This document shows positions 58,513 through 64,000 of a DNA stretch of 64,000 bases, one piece after another; the first letter of the stretch is position 1, and each line of letters begins with the position of its first letter. The stretch comes from an uncultured Actinomycetota bacterium. GTDB taxonomy: Bacteria; Actinomycetota; Actinomycetes; Propionibacteriales; Nocardioidaceae. The position numbers were made by a program, and so were the translations under genes. Location: the NCBI GenBank assembly GCA_963726525.1, contig CAVSCS010000007.1:69410-133409 (forward strand), written 5' to 3'. The notes below the pieces were generated by a model, which saw only the letters and a program-made list of their open reading frames with translations, searched no databases and had not been told where the DNA came from.

Positions 58513-60165
58513 TCATCGCGTCCAGGCGTCGAGCGCGAGCTCCGGACCGTCCCAGCGACGTCGCAACCAGCGGTCGTGGGAGGCGAGGGCGACTCCCCCG
58601 GGCGCCGTCGACAACGCCTCCTCCAGCTCCCCGGCGAGTGCCAGCGACAGGTGGTTGGTCGGCTCGTCCAGCAGAAGCAGGTCGGGCGCGGCGGCCACCG
58701 CGACCGCGAGCAGGAGGCGCCGACGCTGCCCCACCGACAGGCTCCGGACCGCCGTGCGGTGGTCGCGCGGGTGCAGCAGGCCGAGGTCGCGGAGCGCGGG
58801 CGCGTCGGGCAGGTCGCGCACCGCGTCGGCGTACGTCGCCAGCGCCGAGCGCGTCGGGTCGTCCACCTCCGGGTCCTGGGTGAGCTCGCGGACGGTGCGG
58901 GCGGTGACCTCCACCGTCCCCGAGGTCGGAGTCAGGCGCGACGACAGCACGCCGAGCAGGGTCGACTTGCCGGCTCCGTTCGCGCCGGTGACGAGCAGGT
59001 GCTCGCCTGCCGCGAGGTCGAGCCGGTCGAGCCGCAGCCGGCCCTCGACGCGGACGTCGCGGGCCTGCACCAGGCGCCCAGCGCCCGGGCCGGCACCGGT
59101 CAGGTCGGCGCGGAGGCGCAGCGGCGCGGGCGGCTTGCGCGCCTGCTCGCGCTCGGCGACCTCGAGACGGCGCTGCGCGTCCTTCTTGCGTCGCGAGAGG
59201 GTCTGCTCGACCCGCGCGCCCTTGAAGCCGTAGATGTACTTGTCGCCGTCGGTGGGCCCGCGGTCGTGCGCGATCGCCGAGGTCCCGATGCGGGTGGCGG
59301 CCCGCAGCCGGGCGAGCTCCTCCTGCTGCTCGGCGTAGGCCTGCTCCCAGCGACGGCGGGCGTCGGCCCGGGCAGCCTCGTAGTCGCTCCACCCGCCGCC
59401 GAAGCGGCGCCCGCCGCTGCCGTCGGTGCCGAGCTCGCCCGCGTCGAGGTCGACCAGGTCGGTGCACACGTCGTCGAGGAGCACCCGGTCGTGGCTGGCC
59501 AGCAGCACCACGCCCGGCAGCTCGCGCAGGAAGCCGGTGAGGACCTCGATCGCGGCGTCGTCGAGGTGGTTGGTCGGCTCGTCCAGCAGCAGGCACGCGG
59601 GCCGGGTCGTCATGATGGTGGCGAGCGCCAGCCGCGTGCGCTGCCCGCCCGACAGCGTGCCGACACGTCGGTCGGGGTCGAGGCCGTCGAGGCCCAGCCG
59701 GGCTGCGGCCACCTCGGCGCGGCGGTCGGCGTCCCAGGCGTCGTGCGTCACGGCGAGCTCCAGCGCGCGCTCGTAGGCCGTCGCGCCCGCCGGGGTGTCC
59801 AGGTGGGCGGCGAGCCGCTCGACGTCGGCGACCGCGGTGCGCAGCGGGGCGAGCGTCAGGGCCAGCACCTCCGCGATCGAGGCGCGGTCGTGGAACGGCG
59901 GCTCCTGGCCGAGCAGGACGAGCTCGCCCGGAGCGTCGATGCGACCCGACCAGCGCGCCCGCTCGGGCAGCCGGCCGGCGACCGCGCGCAGCAGGGTGGA
60001 CTTGCCCGAGCCGTTCTCCCCCACCAGGCCGATGCGCCGCCCGGGCTGGGCGACCAGGTCAAAGGCGGTGAGCACGACGCGGTCGGGGTAGGCGACCGAG
60101 AGGCCGGAGACGACGAGCGGCGCGAGCGCCGACGGGTCCGTGGCAGAGGGTGTGGACGATGACAT
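58513..60165 (-). CDS. ABC-F family ATPase (two NBDs, no TMD; possible ribosome-protection/translation factor type)
   Basis: 550 aa from the ATG at 60165. NBD1: GENGSGKST / LSGGQRTRL / LLLDEPTNHLD. A charged linker (RRKKDAQRRLEVAEREQARK) follows. NBD2: GANGAGKST / LSVGQRRRL / LLLDEPTNHL. Confidence 0.85.
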   Translation of the reverse strand: MSSSTPSATDPSALAPLVVSGLSVAYPDRVVLTAFDLVAQPGRRIGLVGENGSGKSTLLRAVAGRLPERARWSGRIDAPGELVLLGQEPPFHDRASIAEVLALTLAPLRTAVADVERLAAHLDTPAGATAYERALELAVTHDAWDADRRAEVAAARLGLDGLDPDRRVGTLSGGQRTRLALATIMTTRPACLLLDEPTNHLDDAAIEVLTGFLRELPGVVLLASHDRVLLDDVCTDLVDLDAGELGTDGSGGRRFGGGWSDYEAARADARRRWEQAYAEQQEELARLRAATRIGTSAIAHDRGPTDGDKYIYGFKGARVEQTLSRRKKDAQRRLEVAEREQARKPPAPLRLRADLTGAGPGAGRLVQARDVRVEGRLRLDRLDLAAGEHLLVTGANGAGKSTLLGVLSSRLTPTSGTVEVTARTVRELTQDPEVDDPTRSALATYADAVRDLPDAPALRDLGLLHPRDHRTAVRSLSVGQRRRLLLAVAVAAAPDLLLLDEPTNHLSLALAGELEEALSTAPGGVALASHDRWLRRRWDGPELALDAWTR

Positions 60166-60319
60166 GCGGCATCCCTGGAGGCGAGGATCGTGCAGGGACT
60201 CGCCGGGCACCGGGCGCAGGAGTGCGCGGCCGCGGACGCGAGTCGGGTCAGTCGTGGATCCACATGATGGGGCAGAGCCTACGAGCCGGCCGCACGACCG
60301 GCCCAGGGGTTTTCCTGCA

Positions 60320-60345
60320 GGACGTTTCGCTGCGGGACGTTTCGC
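60320..60345. promoter_or_regulatory. Direct repeat GGACGTTTCGC x2 (15-nt period) in the divergent ABC-F / DUF3060 intergenic region
   Basis: Exact 11-mers sit at 60320..60330 and 60335..60345 (13 of 14 identical when extended by GC[A/G]). The second ends 30 nt upstream of the DUF3060 ATG. Confidence 0.3.
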
Positions 60346-60374
60346 GGGGCCCTCGGCGGGGCAGCACCAGCAGC

Positions 60375-61019
60375 ATGAGCACCTCGACGACCGTCCTGTC
60401 CCGCGCCGCGCTGGCCGCCGCCGCCCTGCTGGCTCCGACCGCGCTGGTCGCGGCACCCGCCCACGCCGAGGTGGTCGTCGACTGCGCCGGCGGCGCGGTG
60501 ACCCTCGACCAGAGCGTCGAGACCATCACCCTCACCGGCACCTGCACCGACGTGGTCGTCTCGGGCAGCAACACCGTCGTCACCATGCCGGCCGCCACCA
60601 CCCTGACCGTGACCGGGTCCAACACCGCGGTGGCCGCCACGGCGGCCCTGGGCACCGTCGTGGTCGCGGGCGGCAACAGCAGCGTGACGGCCCCCTCGAC
60701 GGGAGACCTGACGCTCTCGGCGGGCAACGCGTCGGCGAAGGTGGCCGGCAGCGTCGGCCGGGTCCGCCTCACCGAGGGCAACACCGGTCTGGTGGCCGGG
60801 TCCACCGAGGCCGTGCTCATCCGGACGGCCAACGCCAGCCTGCGCACCACCCGGGCGAGCAAGGTCGTCGTCCGCGGTGCCAACAACACCGTCCGCGCCA
60901 CCCGCCTGCCGACGCTGCGGATCGTCGGACCCAACAACCGCGTCACCGTCACCCGGGGCCGGACGGACGTCTCGGTCAAGGGCGCGAACAACATCGTGCG
61001 GGTGCACCGCACGGCGTAG
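60375..61019 (+). CDS. Secreted DUF3060-like repeat protein
   Basis: The ATG at 60375 begins a signal peptide, MSTSTTVLSRAALAAAALLAPTALVAAPAHA|E. Iterated G(S/N)N(T/S)V..V segments follow (VVSGSNTVVTM, VTGSNTAVAA, VRGANNTVRA, VKGANNIVRV). Confidence 0.65.
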   Translation: MSTSTTVLSRAALAAAALLAPTALVAAPAHAEVVVDCAGGAVTLDQSVETITLTGTCTDVVVSGSNTVVTMPAATTLTVTGSNTAVAATAALGTVVVAGGNSSVTAPSTGDLTLSAGNASAKVAGSVGRVRLTEGNTGLVAGSTEAVLIRTANASLRTTRASKVVVRGANNTVRATRLPTLRIVGPNNRVTVTRGRTDVSVKGANNIVRVHRTA

Positions 61020-61053
61020 GCCCCGACGTCGCCCCTGCTGGCAGGCTGGGGCC

Positions 61054-62289
61054 ATGCGCGTCGTCGACCTCGACCAGGCCGTCCGCGAGGTGCGCGAGCA
61101 CTGCGGGCCGGTCCCCTCGCCGCGGGTGGTCACCAGCGGCAACTTCGCCTCGCCCGTCACCGTGCTCGGGCCGCTCCTGGCCGAGCTGCCCCGGGCGCGG
61201 CTCCACGCCCTCAACGCCCAGGCCGACCTCCCGCTGCACGACGGAGTCGTGCCCGAGACCTGCTTCGTCGGGCCCGGCTTCCGCCGGCACCCCCGGCTGT
61301 CGTACGTCCCGTGCCGGCTCTCGATGGTGCCCCGGCTCTTCCACGGACCGCTGGCGCCCGACGTCGTCGTCGTGCACACCACCCTGCCGCGCGACGGCCA
61401 GGTCTCCCTCGGGCTCGAGGTCAACGTGCTGCCCGCCGCCGTCGAGGCGGCCCGGGCGCGCGGGGCGCTGGTGGTCGCCCAGCTCAACCCGCGGATGCCG
61501 TGGACCTTCGGCGACTCCGAGCTGCCGCTGGACGCGATCGACCTCGGCGTGGAGGTCGACGCGCCCATGGCGGCCCACCTCGCGGCCGTCCCCGGCGACG
61601 ACGCGCGACTCATCGGCTCCCGGGTGGCGGCCGAGATCGGCGACGGGGCCACCCTCCAGGCCGGGATCGGCGAGGTCCCCGACGCCACGATCGCGGGAGT
61701 GCTCGAACGGCGCGGGCTGCGGGTGTGGACCGAGATGTTCAGCGACGGCGTCCTGACGCTGGAGAAGGCGGGGGCGCTGGACCGCGGCACGCCGGTGCGT
61801 ACGTCGTTCGTGTTCGGCAGCCACGAGCTCTACGACTGGGTCGACGACAACCCCCGGGTCCGGATGCTGCGCACCGAGACCACCAACGCGCCGGCGGAGA
61901 TCGCCCGCCAGCCGGGGATGACCTCGATCAACACCGCGCTCCAGGTCGACCTGTTCGACCAGGCCAACGCCTCGCGGATCGGCGCGCGGATCCACAGCGG
62001 GTTCGGCGGGCAGACCGACTTCACCGTCGGCGCCAGCCACTCCCCCGGCGGCCGCGCCTTCATGGCGCTGCGCAGCTGGCACCCGAAGGCCGACGTGTCC
62101 ACGATCGTCCCGCTCGTCGACGAGCCGGTGACGTCGTTCCAGCACGGCGCGGTGGTGACCGAGCAGGGCGTGGCGTGGATGTGGGGCCGCGACGAGCGCG
62201 AGCAGGCGCGCAACCTCATCGAGCACGCCGCCCATCCCAGCGTCCGCGACGACCTGTGGGAGGAGGCGCGGGAGCTCGGTCTCGCCTGA
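61054..62289 (+). CDS. Acetyl-CoA hydrolase/transferase family protein (4-hydroxybutyrate CoA-transferase-like)
   Basis: 411 aa from the ATG at 61054, with LQAGIGEVPDA, SGFGGQTDF and VVTEQGVA. Confidence 0.75.
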   Translation: MRVVDLDQAVREVREHCGPVPSPRVVTSGNFASPVTVLGPLLAELPRARLHALNAQADLPLHDGVVPETCFVGPGFRRHPRLSYVPCRLSMVPRLFHGPLAPDVVVVHTTLPRDGQVSLGLEVNVLPAAVEAARARGALVVAQLNPRMPWTFGDSELPLDAIDLGVEVDAPMAAHLAAVPGDDARLIGSRVAAEIGDGATLQAGIGEVPDATIAGVLERRGLRVWTEMFSDGVLTLEKAGALDRGTPVRTSFVFGSHELYDWVDDNPRVRMLRTETTNAPAEIARQPGMTSINTALQVDLFDQANASRIGARIHSGFGGQTDFTVGASHSPGGRAFMALRSWHPKADVSTIVPLVDEPVTSFQHGAVVTEQGVAWMWGRDEREQARNLIEHAAHPSVRDDLWEEARELGLA

Positions 62290-62293
62290 GGGG

Positions 62294-62743
62294 TCAGGAC
62301 CAGGCGGCGCGCATGACGTCGTAGGTCGCGGCGGGACCGTCGTCGTGCTCGGGCACGATGTTGCGCATCACGAGCGCCACGCCGTCCGACACCTGCAGCT
62401 CGACCTCCCAGCGCCAGCCGGGGGCGTACTCGTAGCCGACGGTGGCGCCGCGGGCGCCGCCGGTCCCGGCCAGGTGGGCCGAATCGGGCTGGTGCCAGCT
62501 GTCGACCCACCCGGCGCTGACGGTGCCGTCCTCGCCGGGGACACCGAGGAGCAGCGTGCCGGCCTGCTCGCCGTCGTCGGGGTGCGTCCAGGTGTAGTCG
62601 AGCCGGACGGCCCGGCCGCGGGCCGCATCGGCGGCGTCGAGCCTCGACCCACCGACGGCGAGGTCGTCGGTGGCCAGCAGCCGGAAGCCGGCGGTGCCGG
62701 TCACCGTGCCGGCGGGGACGTCGTAGGGCAGCGCGGTCGTCAC
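62294..62743 (-). CDS. Hypothetical protein (possibly DUF1579-like beta-barrel)
   Basis: 149 aa with good codon bias. The only weak resemblance is GWVDSWHQ. Confidence 0.45.
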   Translation of the reverse strand: MTTALPYDVPAGTVTGTAGFRLLATDDLAVGGSRLDAADAARGRAVRLDYTWTHPDDGEQAGTLLLGVPGEDGTVSAGWVDSWHQPDSAHLAGTGGARGATVGYEYAPGWRWEVELQVSDGVALVMRNIVPEHDDGPAATYDVMRAAWS

Positions 62744-62763
62744 GTGCCCATCATGTCCTCTGC

Positions 62764-63183
62764 TCAGGCGACGAAGACGCAGAACACGTGGCCCGCCGGG
62801 CTGGCGTAGGCGCGCAGCGGCTCCTCGGGGTCGTCCGTGCGGTCCAGGCGCAGCTCACCGCCCAGCGCGAGGACGCGCTCGTGGACGGCGTCGAGCGCGC
62901 TGACCGACGGCACCGTGGTGTCGAGGTGGCTCACCGACGGGTGACCGGGCTCGGGCCAGCGGTTCCCCGGCAGCGCCTCGACCTCCTGAACCGCGAGGCA
63001 GCGGCGGCCGTCGGGATGGCTGAGGACGAGCCAGTCGGCGTCGCCCGGGGCCTCCGCGGGCTCGTCGCCCGGGCGGTAGGCGAGACCGAGGAGCTCGCGC
63101 CAGAACTCCGCCTCACCCCGCACGTCCACCGCGTCGAGCACGGTGTGCAGCAGCTGCGGGATGACGGGCGGGAAGTCGCTCAT
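62764..63183 (-). CDS. VOC (glyoxalase/bleomycin-resistance) family protein
   Basis: 139 aa. It begins HTVLDAVDVRGEAEFWRELLG and carries the metal-ligand-like HLD and a C-terminal GHVFCV. Confidence 0.65.
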   Translation of the reverse strand: MSDFPPVIPQLLHTVLDAVDVRGEAEFWRELLGLAYRPGDEPAEAPGDADWLVLSHPDGRRCLAVQEVEALPGNRWPEPGHPSVSHLDTTVPSVSALDAVHERVLALGGELRLDRTDDPEEPLRAYASPAGHVFCVFVA

Positions 63184-63215
63184 GCGAGGACAGTACGTCG
63201 TGTGAGGATCGGAGG

Positions 63216-63935
63216 GTGCTCCCCTGGATCCAGCTCTTCCTCGACACCCCGGCCGCCCACGTCGAGGACGCGGTGCGGTTCTGGTCCACCGCCACCGGGT
63301 GGCGCCCCTCCGAGCGGCGCGGGGAGGACGGGCAGTTCCTGACGCTGCTGCCCGACGACGGGCCCGCCTGGGTCAAGGTGCAGGCCGTCGACGGTCCCGC
63401 GCGGGTGCACCTCGACCTCGACTCCGACGACCGCCCTGCCGCCGTCGAACGCGCCCGATCGCTGGGGGCGACGCCCGCGTGGACCTACGACGACGTCGAG
63501 GTCGACCGCTCCCCCGGCGGCCTCCTGATCTGCCACACCCTGTCCGACGGCGACACGACGCTCGTGCGCGACGGACGGACGGTCCTCGACCAGGTCTGCA
63601 TCGACGTGCCGCCTGCGCACTGGGAGGCCGAGGTGGCGTTCTGGACCGCCCTCACCGGGCGCACGCCGGAGACCGGTGCGCTCCCCGAGTTCGTCCGGCT
63701 CGCGGAGGACGGCAAGCCGCGCATCCTGGTGCAGCGCACCGACGACCCCGAGGGACCGGTGCGCGCCCATCCCGACCTCGCCACCGCGGACCGCGCCGCC
63801 GACACCCGCCGCCACGAGCAGCTGGGGGCCGAGGTGCGCGCGGTCAACGACTTCTGGACCGTGCTCGTCGCTCCTGGCGGGCAGGTCTACTGCCTGACCG
63901 ACCGTGACCCGGCGACCGGCGGGCGGGCGGGGTGA
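63216..63935 (+). CDS. VOC family protein with two glyoxalase-like halves
   Basis: 239 aa from a GTG start. Two halves each begin like a VOC module (FLDTPAAHVEDAVRFWSTATGW and CIDVPPAHWEAEVAFWTALTG). Confidence 0.6.
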   Translation: MLPWIQLFLDTPAAHVEDAVRFWSTATGWRPSERRGEDGQFLTLLPDDGPAWVKVQAVDGPARVHLDLDSDDRPAAVERARSLGATPAWTYDDVEVDRSPGGLLICHTLSDGDTTLVRDGRTVLDQVCIDVPPAHWEAEVAFWTALTGRTPETGALPEFVRLAEDGKPRILVQRTDDPEGPVRAHPDLATADRAADTRRHEQLGAEVRAVNDFWTVLVAPGGQVYCLTDRDPATGGRAG

Positions 63936-63954
63936 GCGCTGCGGTGGACGTCCC

Positions 63955-64000
63955 GTGTGACCGCCTTGCGTGACTGATCGGTGTGACTGCTCGGTGTGAC
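63955..64000. repeat. 13-nt periodic tandem repeat with GTGAC core, cut by the window end
   Basis: The GTGAC core sits at 63957, 63970, 63983 and 63996. The last two units are exact apart from the unit boundary (TCGGTGTGAC at 63978 and 63991). Confidence 0.6.

Overview
This is a very GC-rich chromosomal core segment of an actinobacterium. The gene order resembles Nocardioides/Propionibacteriales and the M. tuberculosis Rv2115c-Rv2136c and Rv1383-Rv1408 neighbourhoods; the taxon guess is inference only. Almost the whole window is coding, mostly on the minus strand.

Genes in order:
- arc/mpa (partial), GrpB, trmI, an S2P protease and a RecB-like nuclease
- a 5-gene Opp/Dpp-type peptide ABC importer
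- a HAD hydrolase and a REC-PAS-histidine kinase hybrid
- metH, a PAC2 protein, mshC with its conserved SCO1664/DUF3090/phosphomutase trio
- corA, an MFS transporter, uppP, an aldo/keto reductase, rpe, GAF-ANTAR and a stand-alone LigD polymerase domain
- rsmB-yjbR-fmt-def
- a 2678-codon membrane-anchored surface-protein gene
- priA, metK, coaBC, rpoZ, gmk, mihF
- a tightly coupled carA-carB-pyrD(class 2)-pyrK-pyrD(class 1B)-pyrF-lipoprotein operon
- an ABC-F ATPase, a DUF3060 protein, a CoA-transferase and VOC-family proteins

I found no rRNA, tRNA, CRISPR array, transposase or integrase.

Most notable observations:
1. The giant gene between def and priA combines a multi-TM region, a beta-helix-like region, Ig-like modules and an unassigned Cys-pair module array.
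2. metH and the class 1B pyrD each carry a single-base frameshift. In both cases the shifted frame stays open for hundreds of codons.
3. Three tandem ~92-bp structured repeats lie between PAC2 and mshC, with compensatory hairpin changes.
4. The ABC-F gene has a leader with a 5-codon uORF and mutually exclusive helices.

All functional calls come from reading the translated ORFs by eye. No database search was run.
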